Shown here one piece after another: positions 1-12,462 of a DNA stretch of 64,000 nucleotides; within the stretch, counting starts at the first letter, position 1, and each line of letters begins with the position of its first letter. Both the position numbers and the translations under genes were made by a program. The notes under the pieces were generated by a model, which saw nothing but the letters and a program-made list of their open reading frames with translations, ran no database searches and was not told the origin of the DNA. The DNA is from Terriglobia bacterium. Its GTDB lineage: Bacteria; Acidobacteriota; Terriglobia; 20CM-2-55-15. The DNA lies in NCBI GenBank assembly GCA_965198225.1, contig CBDAOY010000009.1:672001-736000 (forward strand), written 5' to 3'.

Positions 1-129
1 CGAATGGAGGCGCTGGAACAGAAAGTAACGGCTGTCGTTCAGGCGTTGGCTCTCGACGATAAATGGGAATCGGCTTCGGCCGCTGGAGCGGCGCTGGAGG
101 CGGACCGGCCTGCCACCGAGAAGCTGTAG
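1..129 (+). CDS. 3' end of an upstream CDS (partial), unknown product
   Basis: Frame 1 is open from the window start (RMEALEQKVTAVVQAL...ATEKL) to TAG at 127-129, convergent with the next gene. Confidence 0.5.
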   Translation, partial: RMEALEQKVTAVVQALALDDKWESASAAGAALEADRPATEKL

Positions 130-145
130 GGGCGGGGTCGGGATC

Positions 146-544
146 CTACTGCTTTCGATCCAGCTCCACGGCCATGTCACCCTCTTCGACAATGTCGCAC
201 GTGTCGGGGTCAGGCACTATCTGGGACGCTACACCGAGAATCTTGTCGTCCGTGACGATCACGATCTGCCACTCCGTGTCAAACTCGCACTCGCGGCCGT
301 TCTGCAGCTTTGCTTTGAAGCGGCCGTTGCCCTTGTAAGTGTTCGGTTCGTCCGTGCCTTTCAGATCCATCTCGTACTCGAGATAAGTGGGGTTTGAGCC
401 CGAAACGATCTGCGCCTTGATGTCGCTGCCCACCAGCGTGAACTCGAATTCTGATCCGCTGGGAGCAACCCAGATACCGTTGGGATCGTTTTTTGGTATC
501 ACTTGAGTCAGGCTCAGGAAGCCGACTAGCAGAAGCGTTCGCAT
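146..544 (-). CDS. hypothetical secreted protein
   Basis: ORF from ATG (MRTLLLVGFLSL...) with signal-like N-terminus, beta-rich body and two Cys. Confidence 0.7.
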   Translation of the reverse strand: MRTLLLVGFLSLTQVIPKNDPNGIWVAPSGSEFEFTLVGSDIKAQIVSGSNPTYLEYEMDLKGTDEPNTYKGNGRFKAKLQNGRECEFDTEWQIVIVTDDKILGVASQIVPDPDTCDIVEEGDMAVELDRKQ

Positions 545-647
545 GGAATCATCATAGGTTCTCAGGATGGCGCTTGGCAAGAACGACGGTTGCGGGGCAA
601 GGCGGTTGACGGACCATTGCCGGCAGCGACTGTTTGGAGCGCTCGGC

Positions 648-1194
648 CTAAGCAGCCCGTGGCAGAAGTCTGATGGCTCGCGTTACGGCGGCGTTGCGCC
701 AGATGCTAGTGTCCTGTAACAGAGAGAGTGATAGTGGCGTTGCGAGCGCAACGGTACCGGATTCTAGGAGCGCCGCCCGAGGTAATGCCGCTTCATTGCG
801 AGAAGGCGCGACAACGAAGACGGTGCTGTTCCGCCGCAACCCGAAGGGACGATGGGTCTTGCCAGCCACGCAGAGGAGCTAGGACACCGGCGTTTTTCGT
901 GCGGCAATGACTCGTGAGAGGACCCGCAAGGCCCATCGGCGACGCTGTCACTATCTCTGTGACAGGCCACTAGTCTAGGCGCCAAACGACCGATCGGCGG
1001 GTCCGGAGAAAATGTCGCGCGGCAACGACGCCCCGGTGGGACGCCGCCGTAACCCTCCGGGCGAGCGGGGTTTGCGGTCGGATACTTTGTTGCTCGTCGT
1101 CATGATGAAATAGCATCAGTTCCTCCTCGCGCCTCGTCTCCGCCTCCGAAGACCCGTGCGCGCGAACCATCAGACTTCTGCCACTGGCTGCTAG
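648..1194. mobile_element. non-autonomous MITE (outer element) with about 30-bp terminal inverted repeats
   Basis: Left end CTAAGCAGCCCGTGGCAGAAGTCTGATGGCTCGCG versus right end (reverse complement) CTAGCAGCCAGTGGCAGAAGTCTGATGGTTCGCG; extra 13-bp IR at 682-694/1041-1053; no transposase inside. Confidence 0.8.
706..973. mobile_element. second MITE nested inside the first, bounded by CTAG at both ends
   Basis: Left end CTAGTGTCCTGTAACAGAGAGAGTGATAG versus right end (reverse complement) CTAGTGGCCTGTCACAGAGATAGTGACAG. Confidence 0.8.
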
Positions 1195-1239
1195 CGCCGT
1201 TATACTTACCTACCGTCGTATGAGGCCTGGCCAAGAGAC

Positions 1240-2306
1240 ATGAAAAAGAAGACCGGGAAAGCACCCGTTTCCCTCTGGCATTGGTGGGGTTTGATCGCGG
1301 TGTGTCTGCTTGTCTTTGCGAATAGTCTCACGGGCGGGTTTGTCTGGGACGATGAGGTCCAGGTCGTCAACGTCAAGAATCCAAGGATTCGGAGTGTGGA
1401 CGTTGGCGGCGCCTTCGGATCCGGCGTCTGGGATTTTGCGGTTACCGAAGAGACGAGAACGAACTACTACCGTCACGTGCAGACCCTGACGTATTCGGTT
1501 GCGTATCTTCTGGCGGGTCTGGCCCCGTGGGCATACCACCTGTTCAGCCTTCTTTGTCATGTCGTCGCGGTTACGGTTTTGTTCGGAATACTGATCGAGC
1601 TTTCGTTCTTCATCCAGGGCGGAACGCTACCTCTACATTCCCACGCTCGGGCTGGCGCTGGCGTCGGCAATCGTTCTGGAACGAACGCGGTGGCGATGGC
1701 GAGGCCCGCTGACGTGGACGCTCGTCGCTATATTCGCGGCTATGAACCTTGTCAGGAATCAGGACTGGCAGGACCGCGAGACACTTTACCGCACAACGCT
1801 CGAAGCGAACGCGGCGAAATGCCGCGTTTCAAAGTAGTATCGGTGACATCGCGATGAGACGTGGCGACGAAGCGGCGGCTCGAGAACATTTCGAGAACGC
1901 TCTCGATGCGATCGACCAAGAGGTGTACTACTTCACCAGTTGCGAGAAACATCGTGCGCTCATAGGTCTGGGAGCGCTGGCGGCGCCGACGAAGGATTAC
2001 CCGCAAGCCCGGCGTCGGCTGAGGGAGACGCTGGACACCAATCCTCGCGGCGACTGGGCCTACCTGGGAGGCGCTCTTCTGGAGGCTGACAGGGACTACA
2101 GACGTGCCGTCGAGCACTTTGAAAAGGCAATAGAACTGGGGCCTACGAACGAAGTTGCCCGCGACTACATGGGAATCGCGCTCCTGAACAGTGGACGCTA
2201 CCGGGAGGCCATCCCCTATTTCCAGGAATCGCTGGAAATCAACCCCAACTACGCGGATGCGCGTCTTCACCTCGAGATCGCGGAACGCCGACTGCATCCG
2301 GAGTGA
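1240..2306 (+). pseudogene. TMTC-like membrane glycosyltransferase + TPR protein, internally deleted and frameshifted
   Basis: Three fragments in different frames: GGFVWDD...NYYR...YHLFSLLCH (to about 1610), ERYLYIPTLG...RNQDWQD (about 1622-1815), and TPR repeats (EKAIELGP, QESLEINPNYADARLHL). Confidence 0.75.
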
Positions 2307-3280
2307 GCGAATCGATGGACATTATGGAAGAGATCGCACGCGTGCTGGACATCGAGATCGAGGCACTGCAATCGGTCCGTGAGAACCTCACCAGCCAGTT
2401 CGAGGACGCGGTACAGGCCATCGCGGGATGCGAGAGCCAGGTGTTCGTGAGCGGCATCGGCAAGTCGGGCATCATCGCTCAGAAGATCGCGGCCACCTTC
2501 CGTAGCACCGGTACGCCGGCTCTCTTTCTGCATGCGGTGGACGCGTTGCACGGTGACGTGGGTGTCGTGCGAGCAGGGGATGTCGTCCTGGCTGTGGGTA
2601 AGAGCGGGGAGAGCGGCGAGCTGAACGCCCTGCTGCGAGTTCTGAAGAGAGCCGGGCTGGCGGTCATATCTATTACATCGAACCCGACCTCTGCGATGGC
2701 TGGGCTCTCCGATATTGTGCTGAATCTTGATGTGCCGCGTGAAGCCTGCCCCCTGAATCTGGCACCGACCGCGAGCACCACAGCAGCCCTGGCCGTCGGC
2801 GACGCCTTGGCCGTAGCGCTGATGAGAATGAACGAGGTTTCCGAGGAAGACTTCGCCCGGCGTCATCCCGGCGGACAGTTGGGGAAACGCTTGCTGTTGA
2901 GGGTCGATGACGTCATGCGCAAAGGCGCCGAGAATCCGATAGTGGACTCCGAACAGTCTGTCAGGGAGATGCTCGTCGCCATCACAGCGTTTCGGGTTGG
3001 CGCTATTTCGGTGGTCGACAAGGAAGGAAAGCTGCTGGGATTGGTGACAGACTACGATATTCGCAAGGCGCTGGAAGGCGGCGACAACATAGCGGCGATG
3101 TCGATCGTGGACATCATGAACAAGGGACCCGCGACCATCCAGCACCACGTGAGAGCTTCCGAAGCCCTCGAGCTGATGAGGATCCGGAAGAAGCCGACCG
3201 CCGTGATGCCGGTGCTGGATGAGGGTGGCGTCGTGGTCGGCATGGTGCATCTGCACGACTTGGTTGCCGCCGGCGTGTAG
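2303..3280 (+). CDS. kdsD: KpsF/GutQ arabinose-5-phosphate isomerase (SIS + CBS domains)
   Basis: SGIGKSG, ALHGDVG, EACPLNLAPTASTT, HPGGQLG and a C-terminal CBS pair. Confidence 0.93.
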   Translation: MSESMDIMEEIARVLDIEIEALQSVRENLTSQFEDAVQAIAGCESQVFVSGIGKSGIIAQKIAATFRSTGTPALFLHAVDALHGDVGVVRAGDVVLAVGKSGESGELNALLRVLKRAGLAVISITSNPTSAMAGLSDIVLNLDVPREACPLNLAPTASTTAALAVGDALAVALMRMNEVSEEDFARRHPGGQLGKRLLLRVDDVMRKGAENPIVDSEQSVREMLVAITAFRVGAISVVDKEGKLLGLVTDYDIRKALEGGDNIAAMSIVDIMNKGPATIQHHVRASEALELMRIRKKPTAVMPVLDEGGVVVGMVHLHDLVAAGV

Positions 3281-3373
3281 ACCTCAGAGTGGCCGTCAAT
3301 CCTTCCCGAAGCGAACTAAAGGCCACGTTAGTTCGCGGTTCCAATCAACGCTTAGTCCTCGACTAGGAAACGC

Positions 3374-3402
3374 TTTACAAGTTTTGGTCCTGAGGGTAAG
3401 TT
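3374..3402 (+). promoter_or_regulatory. putative sigma70 promoter of the giant surface protein gene
   Basis: TTTACA-N17-TAAGTT about 50 nt before ATG 3451. Confidence 0.4.
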
Positions 3403-3450
3403 GTGCGTCTCACTTCTAATCAGCACTGTACTGAGGGGAACGCACAGGGG

Positions 3451-6400
3451 ATGACAGTTCGGATCGCCAGACTTGTCTGCCGGGGGCTCGCTCTATGCCT
3501 GGCAACTGCCCTGCTGCCGTCCGTCCTGTCCGCCCACTTGTCTGCCGGGGGCTCGCTCTATGCCTGGCAACTGCCCTGCTGCCGTCCGTCCTGTCCGCCC
3601 AATCCATCCTTAATTTCCCGCGAGTAATCTCATCGGATCAGGTGTTTACGGGGATCGCGGTGGGGAACCCGACGCCGAATATGGTGACGGTGACGTTCAC
3701 CGCGTTTGTGGCGGACGGGAGCCTGGTGGCGGGCGGGGGAGTAGAGAACCCGACGACGAAGATGATCGCCGCCGGGGGCCAGCTGGCGCGGCAGTATTCG
3801 GAGTTGTTCGGGAGCGCAGACTTCAACGGGTGGGTGCAGGCGACTTCGGCAAGCGGGGGGTTGACCGGATTCTTCCTGAACGCGAACCCGGCACTGACGG
3901 ACCTGGACGGAGCGCTGGCGCTGTCGGCAGGGGTCAAGTTCGTGTTGCCTTTTGCCGCCGAGGATGCGACCGAGAAGACCGAGCTGACGGTGGTGAACCC
4001 GGGAGACGAGTCGGCAACGGCGACGCTGACGCTCTATGGCAGCGATGGGTCGGTGCTGGGAACGGGGACGGTGACGCTGCCGGCAAAGACATTGACGCGG
4101 CAGACACTGGCCGGGGTGTTTCCGGAAGCCGAGCTTCAGACGGCGTCGCACGTGGTGGTCCAGGGAGACCGCGCGCTGCTGGCGCACGAGATCGTGGCGA
4201 ACTTCCAGGTCGCGGGGACGACGTTCCGGCGGGAGACGATCGCGCTGGGAGGGCGGACGCCGACCGGGTCGACGCGACAGATTCTGCCGCAGTTTGTGAC
4301 CGGCGCGGGGTGGTTGTCGTTCCTGGGGCTGGTGAACACGGCGGCCACGTCTCAGGACGTGGTGCTGACGGCGCGGATGGATGACGGGACAGCATGGGAT
4401 CTGCCGGAGAACCCCAAGACGGTGACGCTCGGAGCGAACGGGGGATGGCGGGGGACGGTAGCCGAGCTGTTCGGGATCACCGACGGAGCGGCGCAGTTCC
4501 GGGCAGGGTGGATCGACATCGCGACACCGGTGGGTTTTCTGACGTCCTACATCGGGTTCGGGAACGAGGCGACGGCGTCGTTTGCGCTGGTGGCGGGCGT
4601 GGAAGATACCGCCGCATCGAAGCTGCAGGTGTATTCGCAGGTGGCGGAAGGGGGCCTTCTCTTCACAGGGCTGACGGTGGTCAACCCCAGCCAGAGCGAA
4701 GCAACGTTCGAGTTTTTCACCTTGCGGTCCGACGGGACGACGGTCGGGAAATCGACGTTGACGGTGCCGCCAAACGGCCGTGTCGGCCGGCTGTACCGAG
4801 AGTTGCTACCGGCGGCGTTGGGGCAGGTGGGCGGCTGGGCGTACCTGCGATCGAGCGTGGAAGTGGTGGGCGCGGTGCTATTTGGGGGGACCAACGGGTT
4901 TGCGCTGGCGAATGTGCCCGCCGAGGCGATCGGGACGGACTTCATCCCGCCCGCACAGGTGGCGGCGGCGATCACGGGGACGGTCCGTCAGGACGGGATC
5001 GGGGTTGACGACGTGACGGTGAGCTTGACGGGGCCGGTGGCGACGACGACGACGACGGACGCGGAGGCGAGATACATCTTCGGGCAGTTGCCGGCGGGGA
5101 CCTACACGCTGAGCGCGTCCCGGGCCGGAGCCCAGGTGGTGCCGGCGGAACGGACGGTGGATCTGGGGCTGGAGAACCTAACCGACGAGGACTTCACCGC
5201 CGGGGGGGTAGTGCCCTCGGACGCGCCGACGCTGAGTTTCATCACGCCGTCATCGGCATTCACAGGGACGAATTTACTCAGCATCAAGGTGTTGGGGACG
5301 AACTTCAATCCGGCGTCGGTGGTGGAGTTCAACGGTACACCTCTGCAGACGACGTTTGTCAGCTCGGTGGAACTGCAGGCTGTCGTCACGGCCAGCCAGC
5401 TGGGGCTGATCGGAAACGTGGAGATCACCGTGAAGACGCCGCCGCCGGGAGGGGGAACGTCGACGCCGGCCGCGTTCGTCGTGATCGCGGTACCTGACAA
5501 CCCGTTGATCGAAGGCCGAGTGGCGGTCGGGTCGTTCCCGGCAGGGGTGGCGATCCATCCGACGCGTAAGATCGCGTTGGTGACGAATGAATCCAGCGAC
5601 AACGTGAGCGTGATCGACCTGGAGACCCAGGAAGTGATCGAGACGATCGCAGTGGGTCGGAGTCCGGGAGAAGGGATCGACACCATGCCGGACGGGACCT
5701 GGCGGTGGTGGCCAATGTCGGCAGCGACAACGTGAGCGTGATCGACCTGGAGACGATGGAAGTGACGGCGACGCTGAAGGTGGGACGGTTTCCGATCGGG
5801 GTGGCGATCGACGAGACACGCGACCTGGCGGTGGTGACGAACGGAGAAGACGGGAACGTGTCGCTGATCCACCTGCCGACACCGGAAGTGGTGTTCGAGG
5901 TTGCGGTGGGGGACCGGCCGGCGGGGGTGGCGATCCATTCGGGGCTGGGGATCGCGGTGGTGGCGAACCGCGGGAACGACAACGTGTCGTTGATCGACCT
6001 GGATGCGCGAGCGAACGTGGCGACGATACCGGTGGAAGGAGACTTTCCGCGGGGCGTGGCGATCCATGAAGGGAAGAACCTGGCGGTTGTGGCCAACGCC
6101 GGCGGCAACACGATCAGTTTGATCGACGTGGCCGCTCGGCGGTTGTTGAGCAACCTTGCGGTGGGGACGGCGCCGACGGGAGTAGGTGTCCACGAGTTGA
6201 CGAGCCAGGCGGTGGTGAGCAACAGCGGGCTGGTGCGGGGGTCCACGGATCTGGGGGGGTTGACGACGGCATCGATCGTCGACCTGGAAGGGGAGGAATT
6301 GGTAGAGGACGTGCCGGTTGGGAGCGCGGCATTCGGGGTGGACGTGGATGAAGCGTCGCAGATGGCGGTCGTGGCCAACTTCGGCAGTAACGATGTGACG

Positions 6401-9400
6401 CTTATCCGGGTGCCGTTCGCGACGCCACGCTTGAACGACGTGCAGCCGAAGACTCTTCCGCCCGGGGTTACGGAGCACGAGATCACGGTGACGGGGACGG
6501 GGTTCGCACCGATATCGGTGGTGACGCTGAACGGGCAGCCGCTGCCGACGACGTTCGTCAGCTCGACGGAGTTGCGGGCGACATTGTCAGGGGAATTGCT
6601 GGAGCAGTTGCTGCAGGTGAGTTCGATATCGGCCGACGAGGCGCAGCCGGTGCGTTTTGACGCGACGGTTCCGCTGGTGTTCGGGGTTGTGACAGGAGAC
6701 AAGCAATCGGACCCGCAGGCGGCCCCGCTGGCGACCACGATTCAGCGGCTGCCGGAGGCGGCGTTCTTAGTTTCGGTGGACCCGGACCGGTTGACCGCCG
6801 GACCTGACGGGGGGACGCTGACATTTGGAGGTCGCGGGATCACCGCGAACACGATCGCGCACTTCGGGGACCTGCAGCTTCCCGGGCGCGATACGTCGCC
6901 GACCGAGATAACGGTAGACGTTCCGGGTCCACTCGAGCCGGGCAATGTGACCGTATCCCTGGAGAACCTGCCGGTTGTGATCGACGGCCAGTCTCTTGGA
7001 GGAGGGAGAAGTCGGTCCCTGACGGTTTTGATCGAGGAGGAGGTGCTCCCGGTACTGAACCCGGTGGTCACGGCGGTGTCGCCGTCCTCGGTACTGCAGG
7101 GCTCGGCATCGATAGTCTTGAATATATCGGGTCGGAACTTCGAACCGGGCATCACGACGGTGACGTTCGGGGACCGGGAGTTGGACGCGACGGTGACGGA
7201 GAATTTGATCGAAGCGCCGGCACCGGACGACGCGTTCGAAACCACGGGGACAGTGTCGGGAGTTGTGGACTCGCTTGGCAAGACGGCCTCGTTCTCGATC
7301 ACCGTGCTGCCCAGGCCGGTGTCGATCAGTGCGATCGATCCGACAGTAGCCGAAGCGGGATTGGATTCGCTCCGCGTGACGGTGTCAGGGTCGAATTTCC
7401 CGCGGGACACGATGGTCACGGTGGACGGGACGGGGGTATCGACCGACTTCCTGGATGCGACGACGGTGGTGGGGACGATACCGAGTGTGTTCCTGGCCAC
7501 GCCGGGGCCTCTCACGATCTCCGTGGATGTACCGCTGGTCGGGGAGGCGGTCACGGGTCTGACGCTGGAGCTCCGGAACCCGGCGCCGGTGGCCGAGAGT
7601 TTGGACCCGTCGGAGGTAAGCCTGGCGGCAGATTTTCCCATCCGGGTGATCGTGACGGGACGGAACTTGGTTCGGGCCTCGAGGGTGCATGTCGATGGAG
7701 CGGCGGTCGATACGACCTTCCTCAACTCGACGAGCCTGGCTTTTGAGTTGACGCGCGGGCCCGGAATCCAGAGTTTGCTATCGGTGGATGGCGGGGCGAT
7801 ACCGTCGTTGCTGGCCGTATCGGGGGCGGGGAGGCTGTCAGTGACGGTGGTGAATCCGGATCCGGGCGGCGGGACCTCCGACGCGTTGGTGTTCACGATT
7901 CGCCAACTAGTTCCGAGGATCGATGCGGCCGACCCCGATTCGGTGCGTTTCAATAGCTCGAGGTCGACGACGATCACGCTGACGGGAGGCGGGTTTGTTG
8001 CCAACTCCGAAGTGTCGGTGGATGGCAGCCCGGCGGCGACCGTCTTTGTCGATGCCAACACCCTGACGTTTGACCTCCCTGCGGGGACGGCAGCGGGAGA
8101 CCACGACATCACGGTAACGAACGATGTGACATCCAACAGCGTTACGATCACGGTCACCCGCCCGCCTCCCACTGTGTCGAGTGTGCGACCCGACAGTGGA
8201 GTCGAAGGCACGCCGCACGACGTCGACATCGTCGGTGGGAACTTCGTCGCCGGGGCGGAGGTTCTGGTGGACGGACAGCCCAGCGGCGGCAAGTTCGGCG
8301 GGCCCACGTCGATGTCGGTGACGCTTGACTCCGCGCCCGCCGGCACACGGTCGATCTCGGTCAGGAACCCGGACGGAACCGAATCCAACGCCGTGGACTT
8401 CACCGACATCCCGGAACCCGTCCGGGTTCCCCGAATCCGATCGGTTTCGCCGGGGCCATCGGACATTAAGGCCGGCGACACCGTGACGATCATCGCGGAC
8501 GGGCTCATTCGAGGCACCCAAGTTTTCCACTCCGACACTGACGTCGGTATCGCCGACGAATCCTGTGGCAGGCCAGTCGATCATAATGACCCTGACCGGA
8601 ACGAATTTTACTCCCGGTTCAACCGTAACGCTCGCCGGTGGCCTGGAGACTTCGGCAACCGTGACCAACGTGGAGTTCGTCAGCTCGACCACGTTGAACG
8701 TGACGATCAGCATCGACTCGGGACACTCCGGTGGTTACACCTTCAAGGTGACGACGGGCAACGGTCAGAGCGGCACGGTCGGGTTCACGATCGTGAACGA
8801 CAAGGCGACCGTCACGTCGGTCGCACCGAACTCGGGGACCCAGGGTGCGATCGTTCCCGTCACGATTACTGGGAACCAGTTCACCGGCGCGACGTCGGTC
8901 AACACCAGTGCCGGGATCGTCCTGTCCTTCACGGTCAACAGCAACACTGAGATCAGCGCGGTGCTCCAGCTGAACGCATCGGCCGGGGCTAAATTCGTCA
9001 GCGTCACCAATGCTGCCGGTTCTTCCGGTACGGTGACGTTTACGATCAACTCCAGCGCCATCACGAGTGCAACCTCGCTGGTGATCAGCTCCCTGGCCGG
9101 AAGCCAGGGCTTTGGAACCGAAGATGGGACCGGATCGGCGGCCGCGTTCAATACGCCGAACGGGTCCGCCGTGTACAACGGCAGCATCTACGTCGCGGAC
9201 TTCGTCAACCACACCATCCGGAGAATCGTGATTTCGAGCGGTGTCGTGACGACGATTGCCGGCAAGGCGGGAGAGTCGGGATCCGCGGACGATGCTTCAG
9301 GCGGGGATGATGCTCGTTTCAACGGTCCGACTGGAATCGCGAGCGATGGATCCGAGACCCTGTTCATCACGGATCAGCTCAACCACACCATCCGAAAGAT

Positions 9401-11108
9401 CGTGCTTTCGTCGGGTGTTGCTGCTTCCGTCTCGACACTTGCCGGGACGGCGCTCCAGAGTGGGACTGATGACGGGACCGGATCCGCGGCCCGATTCAAC
9501 CTTCCGTTCGGTATTTCCTGTTGCGGCGGTTCTCCCTCGGCCCTCTACATCGCCGACAGCGGCAATCACTCGATCCGGGAGGTCGTCGTCTCCTCCGGAG
9601 TCGTGACGACCCCGGTGGGCAGCGTGGCTGGAACTTCGGGGTTCGTGAATGATGACGACAACGCCGCAAGATTCAATACGCCCAAGGGTCTCGTCGAAGC
9701 TAGCGGCGGCGTTCTCTTTGTGGCGGATTCGGGCAACAACGTGATCCGGAAGGTCACAACCGGGGGGACGCACACCGTCACGACGTTCGCCGGCCCCGCG
9801 TCCGGTGTCTCGGGTTCCGCAGACGGCACGAGCACGGCGGCCCGGTTCAACGGTCCAGTCGGCATTGCTGCGGACGCGACCAATCTGTACGTCGGCGACC
9901 GGCTCAACCACACGATCCGTCAGATCCAGATGTCAAACCAGGCGGTCACCACTTTCGCGGGCACGGCCGGGACCTCCGGGTTCGTCGAAGGCAACGCCAG
10001 CACAGTCCGGTTCAACCAACCCGGATTCGTAACCCAGGACAGCGGTAATCTGTACGTTTCCGGTGAGTTGAACCATGCGATCCGGAAGACCAGCATTGCG
10101 AGCGTGTCGTTCTCGACACTGGCCGGAAGCCCGAACCCGAAGAGCGGTTCGGTCGACGAAACGGGCGCAAAGGCCCGGTTCAACTCCCCGGATGGAGCAT
10201 CGATCGATGCGGCGGGCAATATCTATGTCTCCGACAGCGGCAACCATGTTATCCGGAAGGTTGCATCCGGAACGGGGGTCGTCACGACACTGGCCGGGTC
10301 GGCGGGCACCTCGGGGACAGCCGACGGAACCGGAACGGCGGCGCGGTTCAAAACCCCAGCAGGCTCCGCTTTTGTCGGTAATTTCATATACCTGGCCGAC
10401 CTTGGCAATCACACGATTCGGAAGATCAACGTCACAACCGGAGTCGTGACGACCTTCGCCGGGCAGGCCGGAACGAGCGGATCCGCCGACGGTACGGGTA
10501 CGAGCGCTTCGTTCAAAAGTCCGGCCGGGATCACGACCGACGGGACGTTTCTTTACGTAGCAGATAAACTCAACCACACGATTCGGAAGATCGAGATATC
10601 CACCGGGGTCGTATCGACGTTGGCCGGGCAGGCCGGATCATTCGGGCTCACCAATGCCACAGGAACTGCCGCCCGGTTCAATACGCCGGTCGGCATCACG
10701 GCCATCGCCGGCACTCTCTACGTGGGCGACTTTTTCAACCATTCGATCCGGGCGATCACGATTTCCTCGGGCGCCGTGACGACGCTTGCGGGCGCCGGGT
10801 CCCCCGGCTCCACGGATGCGACGGGAACGTCGGCGAAGTTCAGCAGCCCGGCCGGGGTCACGACCGACGGAACGAACATCTATGTCGCCGATTCCTTTAA
10901 CAATACGATTCGAAAGGTCGTGATATCCTCGGGCGTCGTGACGACGCTCGCTGGATCGTCCGGCACCGCCGGCTTCGCAAATGCGACGGGAACGTCGGCG
11001 CAGTTCAACTCTCCCCTTGACGTCGTTATCGACGGCACCAACCTGTTCATCATCGACGATCAGAACCACCAGGTGCGCAAGGGTAGCGAACCACCAGCCC
11101 CGGACTAG
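3451..11108 (+). CDS. giant secreted/surface protein (signal peptide, carboxypeptidase-regulatory-like, IPT/TIG, YVTN beta-propeller, NHL repeats), split by three frame breaks
   Basis: ORFs 3495-5735, 5705-8950 and 8565-11108 are collinear. Breaks: 65-bp duplication at 3471-3600, 1-nt loss at about 5682 (restores GIDIHAGRDLAVVAN), junction at about 8527. NHL units ARFNxPxGI...YVADxxNHTIRKI. Confidence 0.8.
3471..3600 (+). repeat. exact 65-bp tandem duplication in the signal-peptide coding region
   Basis: ACTTGTCTGCCGGGGGCTCG...CTGTCCGCCC at 3471-3535 and 3536-3600. Confidence 0.9.
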
Positions 11109-11139
11109 TGACCTACCGGTCTCGAAGATCGGCCGCGCC

Positions 11140-12462
11140 TCAGGCCCGAATCACCTTCTCGCGCCCTTCCCGGATGTCTTTTGTAGCATTGCGCGTATCA
11201 ATCACCAGCGTCGAGTGCTCCACGATCCACTGATAGTCGATGTCCGTGTGATCGGTCGCGATGACGACGGCGTCCTGTTCCCAGAGCATCTCTTCGGTTG
11301 ATTCCTTCGAAGACAACTCGGAAAAGTCGTAGTTCCGCATTTTGTACAGGCGTGGGACGAAAGGATCGTGGTAGGAGAGATGCGCGCCCTTGTCCTGGAG
11401 AAGACTCATGATCTCGAGCGCCGGGGATTCACGGACATCGTCGACGTCCTTTTTGTATGCCACACCGAGGATCAGGATGTCGGCTCCGCGGATGGATTTG
11501 CCATGGTCGTTCAAGCCCCAGGCGATCTTCTCGACCACGAATCGGGGAATGGAAGTGTTGACCTCGCCGGCCAGTTCGATGAAACGGGTCGCGAAGCCAT
11601 GCTCGCGCGCTTTCCACGCCAGGTAGAAGGGATCGATCGGGATACAGTGGCCGCCCAGTCCGGGCCCGGGATAGAACGGCGTGAAGCCGAAGGGTTTCGT
11701 ACTGGCCGCGTCGATGACTTCCCAGATATCGATATCCATTCGGTCGCAGAGAAGCTTGAGCTCGTTCACGAGCGCGATATTCACCGACCGGTAGATGTTC
11801 TCGAGCAGTTTGACGAGCTCGGCTGTCTGCGTGGATGAGACGGGTACGATCCGGTCGATGATCTGCCCGTAGAGGGTTGCGGCGACCTTCAGGCAGTCCG
11901 CCATCGTTCCGCCGACCACCTTCGGGATGGTCTGAGTGGAAAATCGTTCGTTGCCCGGATCCTCCCTTTCGGGCGAATAGGCGAGGAAATAGTCTTCGCC
12001 GACCTTCAAGCTTCCCTTCTTGAAGCTTTCAAGCAGGACCTCTTCGGTCGTTCCGGGATACGTCGTGCTTTCCAGGACCACGAGCTGTCCGGGCCGCAGC
12101 GTTGCCGCGATCGATTCCGCCGTTTTCTCGATGTACTGGAGGTCCGGTTCCCGTTTCGAAGTCAGGGGAGTCGGCACGCAGGCGATGATGCAGTCGGCTG
12201 CGGCCAGGCGGGTGAAGTCCGCCGTCGCTTCAAACTTCGCACTCTCGCGCAACGCCGCGATGCGTTCGCCTTCGATGTGCCCGATGTAGGAACGGCCGGC
12301 GTTGAGCTCGGTTACTTTCACCGAATCGACATCGAATCCGATCACCGGGAAACCGACTTCCCCGAACCGAAGTACGAGCGGCAGGCCGACGTAGCCCAGG
12401 CCGATTACCCCGATCGTTGCGTCGTGTGCTTCGATCTTTGCGATCAGTTCGTCACGCTTCAT
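11140..12462 (-). CDS. nucleotide-sugar (UDP-HexNAc) dehydrogenase, WbpA/WecC family
   Basis: GLGYVGLP, CVPTP, ESTTYPGTT, YSPEREDPG, GPGLGGHCIPIDP; start at MKRDEL overlaps the upstream stop. Confidence 0.92.
   Translation of the reverse strand: MKRDELIAKIEAHDATIGVIGLGYVGLPLVLRFGEVGFPVIGFDVDSVKVTELNAGRSYIGHIEGERIAALRESAKFEATADFTRLAAADCIIACVPTPLTSKREPDLQYIEKTAESIAATLRPGQLVVLESTTYPGTTEEVLLESFKKGSLKVGEDYFLAYSPEREDPGNERFSTQTIPKVVGGTMADCLKVAATLYGQIIDRIVPVSSTQTAELVKLLENIYRSVNIALVNELKLLCDRMDIDIWEVIDAASTKPFGFTPFYPGPGLGGHCIPIDPFYLAWKAREHGFATRFIELAGEVNTSIPRFVVEKIAWGLNDHGKSIRGADILILGVAYKKDVDDVRESPALEIMSLLQDKGAHLSYHDPFVPRLYKMRNYDFSELSSKESTEEMLWEQDAVVIATDHTDIDYQWIVEHSTLVIDTRNATKDIREGREKVIRA

Noticed and set aside
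9100-11100. Periodic DNA repeats
   Set aside because: Explained by NHL protein repeats
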